DNA of 64,000 nt, from IMG/VR virus record IMGVR_UViG_3300028920_000071, positions 1,138 to 65,137 of that record. One strand, 5' to 3'. The translations under genes were made by a program, and so were the position numbers. The stretch's first letter is position 1. Every line of letters begins with the position of its first letter. This DNA comes from a virus. Lineage: Duplodnaviria; Caudoviricetes. Of the stretch, positions 17,935 through 26,624 are shown in pieces. The notes beneath the pieces were generated by a model. That model did no database searches, had not been told where the DNA came from, and worked only from the letters and a program-made list of their open reading frames with translations.

Positions 17935-18762
17935 ATGTCAAAAAAGATTACCGATAAAATTAAAGAAATGTTAACTCCTTCCGATCAAAAGGTTTTAGAG
18001 GATGCCATTCAGAAATTGATTGACACCCGCGTAGCCTTGAGAGAAGAAGAAATGAAAAACAAGTATGATGAACTTGCAGAAGAATATTGCAAGAAAGAAG
18101 TTGTTGAAAGAGTTGAAAATGAAAAAGCAACTATCATTGAGTCATACGATGAAAAGCTCAATAATCTTGAAAAGAAAATTGTTAGTAAGCTTGATAGCTA
18201 CCTTGAGCATGTAATCACAGAACAAATCTCTGATGAAACTCTTAATAAGATTGCAGTAAACGAAGTTGCACTTCCTCTTATTGTTAATATTAAGAAACTT
18301 TTTTCAGAGCATTATGTTGATCTTGATTCTGAAGGTTCAGAGCTTCTTAAAAAGAAAGATGCTGATATTGCTGAACTTCAGGAGAAAGTAAAAGAAATGA
18401 CAAAGAAAATTGTTGAGTCTGAGGAAAGACTTGAAAAATCAGCAGCTTTCTTGCTTATTTCAGAAAAGACTGAAGGTCTTACACCTTCACAGAAACAGAG
18501 AGTTGTGAAGATGTTTAAGAGCAAACCTTTCAGCGAGATTAAAGAAACTATTGATGAATTCGTTTCTATGGTCAAAGAGTCTAATGAACCTAAAAAGGTA
18601 GAGGAAAAGACTTCAAAGAAAATAGATTCAGTTCTTTCAGAAGGTACAGCACCTGAAGATAAGAAAGAAGTCATCAAAGAGGAAAAAGAAGAAATAGAGG
18701 AAAAAGAGGAACAGAATAAACCTACATTAGCAGAAGCTGCTAATAGATTTATGATGGACTAA
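17935..18762 (+). CDS. gp22: Prohead scaffold/core protein, T4 gp22-like
   Basis: Acidic coiled coil; KLDSYLEHV, LFSEHYV, EGLTPSQKQRV motifs; between protease and MCP. Confidence 0.88.
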   Translation: MSKKITDKIKEMLTPSDQKVLEDAIQKLIDTRVALREEEMKNKYDELAEEYCKKEVVERVENEKATIIESYDEKLNNLEKKIVSKLDSYLEHVITEQISDETLNKIAVNEVALPLIVNIKKLFSEHYVDLDSEGSELLKKKDADIAELQEKVKEMTKKIVESEERLEKSAAFLLISEKTEGLTPSQKQRVVKMFKSKPFSEIKETIDEFVSMVKESNEPKKVEEKTSKKIDSVLSEGTAPEDKKEVIKEEKEEIEEKEEQNKPTLAEAANRFMMD

Positions 18763-18811
18763 TCAAAAAGAAAATAGAACGTCTTGTCAATTTTATAGAG
18801 GAGGAGACATT

Positions 18812-20146
18812 ATGACAATATCTAAAAAAGCATTAGTTGAGAAATGGTCATCTCAGAAGGGTGGAATCTCTGTTAAAAACATCAAGGATAGAGATGTTAA
18901 AGAGAACATGGCCGTTCTTCTTGAGAACCAAGAACAGAAAGACTTCTCTGGTCAGCTTATTACAGAAGCTTCAACTGGAAGTATTAATACCGGATCTCTC
19001 GGTGGATATACAGACGGTGTAGCCGATGCTGATTCATGGAAGTTCCGTCCGATCGCACTTGCCCTTGTTAGACGTACTTTCCCGGACCTTTTTGCAAATA
19101 AGATTGTCGGTGTGCAGGCAATGTCAACACCTGTTGGTCTTGCATACGCACTTCGCGTAATCTATGCAGATGGTCAAGGTAACGAAGCTGCTTGGGATGA
19201 CGTACCTTATTATGGTGGATATTCTGGCTCACAGCCGGGCACATCTGCTACTCTTAAGGGAACTGGTGGAAACACATCGGCTTCTGATGGTGTCAAAGAC
19301 ACTTCAGGAACTGGTGCTGCTACATCAGCCGCAGAAGGCTGGACAATTTCAGCCGGTTGTGGTTCCGGTACAGGTACAGGTTGTGGTAGCTGGCCACAGC
19401 TTAACATGAGAATCGACCAGCTTGCTATTACAGCAAAAACCAGAAAACTTGCAGCTAGCTTCTCACTTGAAGCCGCTCAGGACGTTAAGGCTATGCAGGG
19501 TCTTGACATTGAACGTGAAATGGTTAACTTCTTGCAGTATGAAGTAACTGCCGAACTCGACAGAGAACTTCTTACCGCAGTTAAAGACGCCGCTGTTGAT
19601 ACTGCAAATGGCGGAGAGGTTATTAGTGCAATCGACCTTACAGGTTCTGGCACAGGTATTGACGGCAGATGGTCTGGTGAAAAATACATGAACATCATTG
19701 CTTCAATCATCTATCAGCAGAATAAGATTGCAATTAAGACTCGTAGAGGTCCAGGTAACTTCTGTGTTGCATCTCCTGGTATCATTACTGCACTTCAGAG
19801 TGCTGGTCACCAGTTTGTCCAGTTCACTCAGAATGTGAACCCAACTCATGTTATGGCTGCCGTTGGTAAGCTTAACGGAACATTGGATGTTTACAGAGAT
19901 CAGTATGCACAGACAGAGTATGCACTTGTTGGATTTAAGGGACCTGGTATCAGCGATGCTGGTGTCATATTTAGCCCTTACATCATGGGTCTTACAATGA
20001 GAGCTATCAATCCTGATGACTTCGCACCTCGTATCGGAACTATGGCAAGATACGCCATTACCAACTCGTTACTTGGAGCTGGACGTTATTACAGATTGAT
20101 TCCGTTCTTCAATGTTGCTAACCTTATTGCAGGAGCTGCTCTTTAA
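18812..20146 (+). CDS. gp23: Major capsid protein, T4 gp23-like
   Basis: LVEKW...AVLLENQE...LVRRTFP.L.A..IVGVQAM..PVGL.YALR...AKTRKL...SLE.AQD.KA..GLD.E...TRRGPGNF; predicted gp21 cleavage at LITE/A; strongly biased codons. Confidence 0.98.
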   Translation: MTISKKALVEKWSSQKGGISVKNIKDRDVKENMAVLLENQEQKDFSGQLITEASTGSINTGSLGGYTDGVADADSWKFRPIALALVRRTFPDLFANKIVGVQAMSTPVGLAYALRVIYADGQGNEAAWDDVPYYGGYSGSQPGTSATLKGTGGNTSASDGVKDTSGTGAATSAAEGWTISAGCGSGTGTGCGSWPQLNMRIDQLAITAKTRKLAASFSLEAAQDVKAMQGLDIEREMVNFLQYEVTAELDRELLTAVKDAAVDTANGGEVISAIDLTGSGTGIDGRWSGEKYMNIIASIIYQQNKIAIKTRRGPGNFCVASPGIITALQSAGHQFVQFTQNVNPTHVMAAVGKLNGTLDVYRDQYAQTEYALVGFKGPGISDAGVIFSPYIMGLTMRAINPDDFAPRIGTMARYAITNSLLGAGRYYRLIPFFNVANLIAGAAL

Positions 20147-20182
20147 TATAGAGTAACAACTTAATAAGAAGTATTGAAAATA

Positions 20183-20212
20183 AAGGGGTGGATATGCTTC
20201 CATCCCTTTTTT
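20183..20212 (+). terminator. Intrinsic terminator after MCP
   Basis: AAGGGGTGGA-TATGCT-TCCATCCCTT followed by a T run. Confidence 0.85.
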
Positions 20213-20242
20213 ATATAGCTAAAATTTTTTATATAATTTTTA

Positions 20243-20250
20243 TATAAATA
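20243..20250 (+). promoter_or_regulatory. T4-type late promoter TATAAATA
   Basis: Consensus upstream of the small RHH ORF/endonuclease cassette. Confidence 0.55.
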
Positions 20251-20283
20251 AAATGATAAATATTATATAGAAAGGAGATTTTT

Positions 20284-20433
20284 ATGAAAAATAAATTGAT
20301 ATGTTTTTCTGATACAGAATATAAACAAATATTAGAACAATCAGAAAAAGAAGAAAGAACATTTACAGCCGTTGTAAGAAATATAATTGATGATTATTAT
20401 AACAAAAATAGGAAAAATATAAATGAAGATTAA
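20284..20433 (+). CDS. Small ribbon-helix-helix (CopG/Arc-like) DNA-binding protein, 49 aa
   Basis: Below the ORF-track cutoff. Manual translation MKNKLICFSDTEYKQILEQSEKEERTFTAVVRNIIDDYYNKNRKNINED; AAAGGAG SD; strand-helix-helix pattern; overlaps the next ORF start. Confidence 0.65.
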   Translation: MKNKLICFSDTEYKQILEQSEKEERTFTAVVRNIIDDYYNKNRKNINED

Positions 20434-21859
20434 ATGTCAAATTTGTAATAAAGATATTATACCTTTAGGTTTTTCATCTCATATTCTATCTCAACATAAT
20501 ATTTCAGTTGTTAATTATTATAATAAATTTATTAAAAAAGCTAATGAAGGAAAATGTGTTGTTTGTGGTAAGGATACAAAATTTTACGGATTATTAAAAG
20601 GTTATGCGAAATGTTGTTCAGTATCTTGTCATAATAAATCATCTGATTTTAAAAATAAATCAAGAAATACAAAATTAATTAAATACGGGAATGAAAAATA
20701 TGTTAATCCAGAAAAAGCTAAAATAACAAACATACAAAAATATGGGGGATTACATCCAAAAGTTTTAAATATTTTTAAAGAAAGTAATAAAAAAAGACAA
20801 ATAGATAATATTGAAGAAAAAATCAAAAAATTTAATTTACCAATAATATTTAAAGAAATTAAAGATAATAATTATATATTTCATTGTAATAATTGTAATA
20901 ATGATTTTAATATACAACCCCAGTTATTTAGATTAAGATCAATAAAAAATTTAATAGTTTGTAATGTTTGCAACCCATATCAAAAACCTATTTCTAATAT
21001 AGAAGTTGAGTTATTAAATTTTATTGAAAATAATTATAATAAAGAAATTATTAAAAATTCAAAACAAATTATATCACCTTATGAATTAGATATTTATTTA
21101 CCTGATATTAAATTGGCTTTTGAGTTTAATGGTTTATATTGGCATTGTGAATTAGAGAAGGATAAAAATTATCATTTAAATAAGACTAATTTATGCGAAC
21201 AACAAGAAATACATTTAATACATATTTACGAGGACGATTGGTTGTATAAACAAGATATAGTTAAAAGTCGTATTTTAAATTTATTAGGAAAATCTAAAGT
21301 TATTTATGCTAGAGAATGTGAGATTAAAGAACAAATAGAATTTAAAGAATATAAAATATTTTTGATTAAAAATCATATTCAAGGATATAATATTGGAAAA
21401 TATAATTTAGGTTTATATTATAATAATGAATTAGTATCTTTAATGACTTTTGGTAAATTGCGAAAAAATTTAGGTCAAATAAGTAAAGAAGGATATTTTG
21501 AGTTATTGAGGTTTTGTAATAAAATTAATACTACTATTGTTGGAGGCGCTAATAAATTATTTATTTATTTTGTTAAAAAATATAATCCAATTAAAATAAT
21601 TAGTTATGCCGATAGAAGCTGGACAATGAACAACAGTAAAACATTGTATGATAAATTGAATTTTAAATTAATTACAAAAACTTTACCAAACTATTTCTAT
21701 ATTATAGATGGATGTAGAGAAAATCGTTTTAAATATAGAAAGGATGTTTTAGTTAAACAAGGGTTTGATAAAAATAAATCCGAACATGATATTATGCTAG
21801 AAAATGATTTTTATAGAATATATGATTCAGGTAATTTAAAATATGAGTGGAATATTTAA
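20423..21859 (+). CDS. Hef-like/PD-(D/E)xK homing endonuclease with zinc-finger modules
   Basis: CQIC..H...H and CVVC zinc motifs; YELDIYLPDIKLAFEFNGLYWH; IHIYEDDW; C-terminal YAREC...NHIQG...ELLRFC...SYADRSW...IYDSG domain; very AT-rich. Confidence 0.8.
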   Translation: MKIKCQICNKDIIPLGFSSHILSQHNISVVNYYNKFIKKANEGKCVVCGKDTKFYGLLKGYAKCCSVSCHNKSSDFKNKSRNTKLIKYGNEKYVNPEKAKITNIQKYGGLHPKVLNIFKESNKKRQIDNIEEKIKKFNLPIIFKEIKDNNYIFHCNNCNNDFNIQPQLFRLRSIKNLIVCNVCNPYQKPISNIEVELLNFIENNYNKEIIKNSKQIISPYELDIYLPDIKLAFEFNGLYWHCELEKDKNYHLNKTNLCEQQEIHLIHIYEDDWLYKQDIVKSRILNLLGKSKVIYARECEIKEQIEFKEYKIFLIKNHIQGYNIGKYNLGLYYNNELVSLMTFGKLRKNLGQISKEGYFELLRFCNKINTTIVGGANKLFIYFVKKYNPIKIISYADRSWTMNNSKTLYDKLNFKLITKTLPNYFYIIDGCRENRFKYRKDVLVKQGFDKNKSEHDIMLENDFYRIYDSGNLKYEWNI

Positions 21860-21881
21860 TTGGTTAGTAGTATTGAAAATT

Positions 21882-21911
21882 AGGGATGGATTAACTTCCA
21901 TCCCTTTTTTT
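21882..21911 (+). terminator. Intrinsic terminator (second copy of the post-MCP terminator)
   Basis: AGGGATGGA-TTAACT-TCCATCCCT followed by a T run. Confidence 0.85.
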
Positions 21912-21924
21912 ATTTGCATAATAT

Positions 21925-21932
21925 TATAAATA
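21925..21932 (+). promoter_or_regulatory. T4-type late promoter TATAAATA
   Basis: Consensus right after the terminator, upstream of ORF 21975/gp13. Confidence 0.7.
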
Positions 21933-21974
21933 GTAGTGGGATTGATATAAAAAATTGAAACGAAAGGATTTATT

Positions 21975-22355
21975 ATGGTAGTTGTTAATATTGTTGGCTT
22001 TCCCTATAAGGTTAAGTTGACTGATGGTAGAATTGTGATACTCCCGAATGATAACAGACCACATCAGGTTCCAGATGAACTTTTAGATTTGTTTAAGGGT
22101 AAGAAATATGATAATGTTTTTAGAGTTTTGGTTCCACCCAGACCCAAATTAATAAATACAGATTTGATACCCACAACTGTAATAACTGAAGTTAAACCTG
22201 AAATAGTTGAGATTAGTCTTGAAGATGATGAATTTGTTGAAGAAAAACCAGTTGAAAAAAAAGTAGAAGTTAAGAAAAAGCCATTGAAAGGCAGGAAAAT
22301 TAAAGCAAAGAGAAGAAAAGCTTTAACAAAAAAACGAAACAAAAAAGAGGAATAA
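21975..22355 (+). CDS. Hypothetical protein, basic C-terminus
   Basis: AAGGA SD, late promoter. Confidence 0.6.
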   Translation: MVVVNIVGFPYKVKLTDGRIVILPNDNRPHQVPDELLDLFKGKKYDNVFRVLVPPRPKLINTDLIPTTVITEVKPEIVEISLEDDEFVEEKPVEKKVEVKKKPLKGRKIKAKRRKALTKKRNKKEE

Positions 22356-22358
22356 ACT

Positions 22359-23144
22359 ATGGCAATGGTATCAATTACATCGTGGGATGGAATGAGAACA
22401 TACATTCTACAAAAATTAGGCCACCCTGTTATAAATGTTGAAATGACTGAAGACCAGTTAAACTTATGTATTGAAGATACAATAAGAGATTTTTGGCATT
22501 ATAATTATGATAGAGGTAGTTACATGGATATTATTCTTTTCCAATGTTCTGCTGGTGTATCAGAGTATGCTTCTTCAGCCATTATGGATTTTAAAACAAG
22601 TGCATATTATGATGATATTGAGGCTATATATGATTTTTCAGTCAGAGATGGTCTTGATGGATTAAACACATTATTCAGTCCAACTCACATACTACTTTAT
22701 GACCAATATGTTACTCAAGGAGGTTATCCTGGAGGTCCAGTTGACAATGCTGGAATAGGAATGACCTTGAGTAATTTTTATGTTGCGATGATGTATATAG
22801 ACCAAATTAGAGAAGCATTTGGAAAATATTATATAGCTAACTGGATACCAAATAAAAGAGTTATTAAAGTTGTTCCGACTCCATCTACAAATGTTCAGGG
22901 AGCACTAGTTGTTTATAGAAGAAATCTAGCTACAGATCTATTTAATGATGAATTAGTTAGAAAATTGGCAGTTGCCAGAGCAAAGATACAATGGGGAAGA
23001 AACATCAGTAAATATGAAGGAACAATGCCTGATGGATTGAGTATTAACGGAAGTGCAATATTATCAGAAGGTCAAGCTGAAGAAGAACGATATTTGGGGT
23101 GGATGAGAAGTGAAAGTTCTCCTCCTGACTTTTATATCGCATAA
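22359..23144 (+). CDS. gp13: Neck/head-tail adaptor, T4 gp13-like
   Basis: YILQKLGHPVINVEMTEDQL..CIED...; AKIQWGRNISKYEG.MPDG+SING..I..EG..E..; PPDFYIA terminus. Confidence 0.92.
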   Translation: MAMVSITSWDGMRTYILQKLGHPVINVEMTEDQLNLCIEDTIRDFWHYNYDRGSYMDIILFQCSAGVSEYASSAIMDFKTSAYYDDIEAIYDFSVRDGLDGLNTLFSPTHILLYDQYVTQGGYPGGPVDNAGIGMTLSNFYVAMMYIDQIREAFGKYYIANWIPNKRVIKVVPTPSTNVQGALVVYRRNLATDLFNDELVRKLAVARAKIQWGRNISKYEGTMPDGLSINGSAILSEGQAEEERYLGWMRSESSPPDFYIA

Positions 23145-23162
23145 CATATTATTTTAAAAATT

Positions 23163-24068
23163 ATGAAAAAAGAAGAATTTATAGAAAAAGCTAAAAAAGT
23201 TCATGGTGATAAATATGTTTATAATCTAGTTGATTATAAACATAGCAAACAAAAAGTTAAGATTGTTTGTAAAAAACACGGAGTTTTTGAACAAAGACCT
23301 GGAGATCATTTAAAAGGTTGTGGTTGTATTATTTGTGGTGGAAAATTCAAATTAAATAATAATTTATTTATTAAAAAGAGCAGAAAAATACATAATAATA
23401 AATATGATTATAGTTTGGTTCAATATATTAATAATAAAATAAAAGTTAAAATTATTTGCCCCATACATGGAGTTTTTGAACAAGTACCCATGTCACATTT
23501 AAAAGGGAATGGTTGTTGGGATTGTAGAAACGAACATATATCAGAAAAATATAGAGATAGTTTAGAAATTTTTATTCAGAAAGCTAAAAAAGTTCATGGT
23601 GATAAATATGATTATAGTTTGGTTGAATATATTAATAATAAAACTAATGTTAAAATAATATGTAACAAATGTAAAAAAATATTTAAACAGTCACCAAACA
23701 ATCATATAAGTATTTCAAATAAAAATGGATGTCCGAGATGTAAAATATCAAAAGGAGAAATTAAAATAGAAAATTATTTAAATTCACATTTAATTAAATT
23801 TAAACAACAATATAAATTTAAAAATTGTAGGGGTTTAAAAAACTTATTACCTTTTGATTTTTATTTACCAGAATATAATACTTGTATCGAATTTGATGGT
23901 CAACAACATATTAAACCAATAAAACATTTTGGTGGAATTAGAAGATTTAAACAAACTATATTAACCGATCAAATTAAAAATAAATATTGTAAAGATAATA
24001 ATATAGATTTAGTTAGAATTAGAGATATAAAATTGATAGATAAAATATTAGAAAGTCAATTTGAGTAA
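23163..24068 (+). CDS. Free-standing homing endonuclease, DUF723-like repeats + DUF559-like nuclease
   Basis: Three repeats of FI.KA.KVHGDKYDYSLV.Y....KV.IIC..HG.F.Q.P..H..G.GC; C-terminal SKGE...FDFYLPEYNTCIEFDGQQH. Confidence 0.85.
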   Translation: MKKEEFIEKAKKVHGDKYVYNLVDYKHSKQKVKIVCKKHGVFEQRPGDHLKGCGCIICGGKFKLNNNLFIKKSRKIHNNKYDYSLVQYINNKIKVKIICPIHGVFEQVPMSHLKGNGCWDCRNEHISEKYRDSLEIFIQKAKKVHGDKYDYSLVEYINNKTNVKIICNKCKKIFKQSPNNHISISNKNGCPRCKISKGEIKIENYLNSHLIKFKQQYKFKNCRGLKNLLPFDFYLPEYNTCIEFDGQQHIKPIKHFGGIRRFKQTILTDQIKNKYCKDNNIDLVRIRDIKLIDKILESQFE

Positions 24069-24111
24069 TATAATAAATACTTATATATAATAATTTAGTA
24101 GGAGGAAAATT

Positions 24112-24468
24112 ATGTCAATATTCGATTCATTAATGAGAACGATAGAAGATATTCAACCAGAAGTTAAACAAGAATCAACAAATGAAGAAGTTGTTACTGA
24201 GGGTACAAAGAAGAAGGATCCAAAAGCAGAAGTAAGAAATCGTGGCGATGTAGTTTTCCCAGCCGGTTCTAAAGATGTAACAGACGATAAGGATCATTTT
24301 CCAATCAATAGTGAGAATCAGGCAAGAAATGCTTTATCACAAGCAAATAAGTATAAGAAATCACCTAAATGGTATAAAGGTTCTTTGGAACAATTAAAGA
24401 AGAAAGTCGCATCGGCTGTTAAGAGAAAGTATAAAGAAATTGAAGTTACAAAGAAAGCAACAGACTAG
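24112..24468 (+). CDS. Hypothetical protein (DUF6582-like HFPI...QARNAL motif)
   Basis: GGAGG SD; DHFPINSENQARNALSQA...VASAVKRKY pattern. Confidence 0.6.
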   Translation: MSIFDSLMRTIEDIQPEVKQESTNEEVVTEGTKKKDPKAEVRNRGDVVFPAGSKDVTDDKDHFPINSENQARNALSQANKYKKSPKWYKGSLEQLKKKVASAVKRKYKEIEVTKKATD

Positions 24469-24476
24469 GAGAATAT

Positions 24477-24842
24477 ATGTCATTCAAAAAATATTTAAAA
24501 GAAACAGAAGATCCATTTGTTATGTCAAGACAGGATGCAGTCAAGTATAATAATCCTGGTGATGTTGATGATATAGGAATGTTTTATGTTGTTACAAAAG
24601 CAACACCGGATTCTGAACTTATTGATGTTTTGTTTCCAGCTACTATTAAATCTATAATGATTCAAGGTCGTGGCGGTTTAGAAACTGATGATGTAGTTGC
24701 TATTGTAAAAGATTTTGATAAAGCAAAACAGATAGCAATGTTACAACTTGATAAGGCAGATATAAGACAAGGATACCAAGCATCAGATGAAACACATGAA
24801 GAACTCATGAGATCCAAAGACAGAGTAAGGGATAGATACTAA
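24477..24842 (+). CDS. Putative internal head protein (leader MSFKKYLKE)
   Basis: AGGAG SD; shared leader. Confidence 0.65.
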   Translation: MSFKKYLKETEDPFVMSRQDAVKYNNPGDVDDIGMFYVVTKATPDSELIDVLFPATIKSIMIQGRGGLETDDVVAIVKDFDKAKQIAMLQLDKADIRQGYQASDETHEELMRSKDRVRDRY

Positions 24843-25144
24843 TGTCATTTAAACAATATTTAACTGAAAAAGATAATCCAATGGAAGTTCTTGAAAAGGT
24901 CAATGGTATCTTAGGAGACTTTCAAAAAATATTAAATACTTTGGATGAACTTGAAGCAATGACAACCGGAGAAGATAGAACAAGATCATTTGGAAGTATT
25001 AGTTTTGCACAACCAATTGCTACAGTTAGAAATAAAATTGTAGATAGTGTGCTACCCGATATACAAAGACTATATGATTCGATTAAAGGAGCAGGAGTAG
25101 TAGTGCCATCGACAACTCATCCATCAACACCAGTAAGCAGTTAA
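24842..25144 (+). CDS. Putative internal head protein (leader MSFKQYLTE)
   Basis: TAATG coupling; shared leader. Confidence 0.65.
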   Translation: MSFKQYLTEKDNPMEVLEKVNGILGDFQKILNTLDELEAMTTGEDRTRSFGSISFAQPIATVRNKIVDSVLPDIQRLYDSIKGAGVVVPSTTHPSTPVSS

Positions 25145-25153
25145 GGGGAACAC

Positions 25154-25555
25154 ATGAGTTTCAAAGAATATATAAGAGAAAATAGTAGATTTTATAAAGG
25201 TCAAAAAGTTTTATATAATGGAAAAGAACATATCATTATAAACACAAAAGCATCTGATTCATCTGATTCTCCAAAAATGATTTTAAAACCAGATGATGGT
25301 GGAACATTTGAAGTTTATGTTGATACAAATAGTGATGAGATTAAACCAGTTGAACCAGAAAATATTAAAGATATTGAATCAAAATTGGAAACTGTTAATA
25401 ATATTATTTCTCTTGCTTATAAAGCAAAAAGTGAACTTGATAAACAATCAAAAGGAATGGCAACAAAAGGTCCATCACAATATGAATTGTTTACAACTTT
25501 TATAAGGAATCATATAAGAGATATTGTTCCACAGAGGAGTTATAATGAGTTTTAA
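25154..25555 (+). CDS. Putative internal head protein (leader MSFKEYIRE; SH3/KOW-like barrel)
   Basis: Shared leader; FYKGQKVLYNGKEHIII pattern. Confidence 0.65.
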   Translation: MSFKEYIRENSRFYKGQKVLYNGKEHIIINTKASDSSDSPKMILKPDDGGTFEVYVDTNSDEIKPVEPENIKDIESKLETVNNIISLAYKAKSELDKQSKGMATKGPSQYELFTTFIRNHIRDIVPQRSYNEF

Positions 25556-25922
25556 AAAATATTTAAAAGAAGCAGATGAAAAGAAAAATGATAAAATGGG
25601 AATCATTTTTGACTTCTTTACTAATAATCCAGATCCATCCGATAAAGAAGTTCATAAACTTGCAGAGGATATGGGAATTGAACATGATGAACTAGAAAGA
25701 ATGATTTATGGATTGTTATCCTCATTTTTATCTAAGGGTGAGTATAACAAGAAACCTGTTGAACCAGACGAAAAAGAATTACAAATGGGTATTAAAGTCG
25801 AGAAAGAACATACAGATTCAGATGCGATAGCAAGACGAATCGCACTTGACCATTTAACAGAAGATAAATTATATTATACACATTTAAAAGAAATGGAAGA
25901 TAAATATAAAGATAAAGGTTAA
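25545..25922 (+). CDS. Putative internal head protein (leader MSFKKYLKE; DUF5661-like)
   Basis: Start revised from 25524 to the ATG at 25545 (GAGGAG SD); ELQMGIKVEKEHT...ARRIALDHL.E...YY..L motif. Confidence 0.7.
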   Translation: MSFKKYLKEADEKKNDKMGIIFDFFTNNPDPSDKEVHKLAEDMGIEHDELERMIYGLLSSFLSKGEYNKKPVEPDEKELQMGIKVEKEHTDSDAIARRIALDHLTEDKLYYTHLKEMEDKYKDKG

Positions 25923-26001
25923 TAGAATAAAGTCTAGGGTAGCTCCCGAAAAGCGGTAAATCCTAATTAGAGATAAAATATCAACTTAAAAGGAGAAACA
26001 A

Positions 26002-26226
26002 ATGGGATTTAAAGAATATTTAAAAGAAAGTAAAAATGCTCTTAATAGGCAACAAATTAAACAAGTTCAAAATATAGTTAAACAATTTGTACCAATTTAT
26101 AATAATTTAAAAAATATTGCTGATCAAGATGAAGATGGTGTGTGGTCTGAAATGGCAGCTAATGAACTTAATGATATTTTTCAGGATTATGGTATATCAG
26201 CTGAATTTTCTTTAGAAGATTATTAA
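26002..26226 (+). CDS. Putative internal head protein (leader MGFKEYLKE)
   Basis: AAGGAG SD; shared leader. Confidence 0.65.
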   Translation: MGFKEYLKESKNALNRQQIKQVQNIVKQFVPIYNNLKNIADQDEDGVWSEMAANELNDIFQDYGISAEFSLEDY

Positions 26227-26303
26227 TAATATTATTAACAATTTAAAAGATTTTAAAGAATATATAACTAGAATATATAAAAATTTAATACAGGAGTAGC
26301 ACT

Positions 26304-26609
26304 ATGTCATTAATTGATGGTCTTTTTTACTATCTCAAAGATGTTGAATGTTCCGAAAAGGATGATTTAGTCGATGGTTTTGTGATGGAACCTATTAGAA
26401 AAGGTTATACAATATTGCATGAAAAAGATGCAGTATGTTGTGTTAACTTTATAGATAAGGAGAGTAAAGCATCAGAAGATATGAAAGTTGCTCAAGACAA
26501 ACCCAAAAAATATAAAGTTATTATAGCTGAGATTAAAGATGAAGAAAGAACAAAAAATTATATAAAGAAACTAACAAAATTGGGTTTTGTGGATATAACA
26601 CAAGACTAA
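26304..26609 (+). CDS. Hypothetical protein
   Basis: AGGAG SD, 101 aa. Confidence 0.6.
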   Translation: MSLIDGLFYYLKDVECSEKDDLVDGFVMEPIRKGYTILHEKDAVCCVNFIDKESKASEDMKVAQDKPKKYKVIIAEIKDEERTKNYIKKLTKLGFVDITQD

Positions 26610-26624
26610 TTCAAGGAGAAAGAT

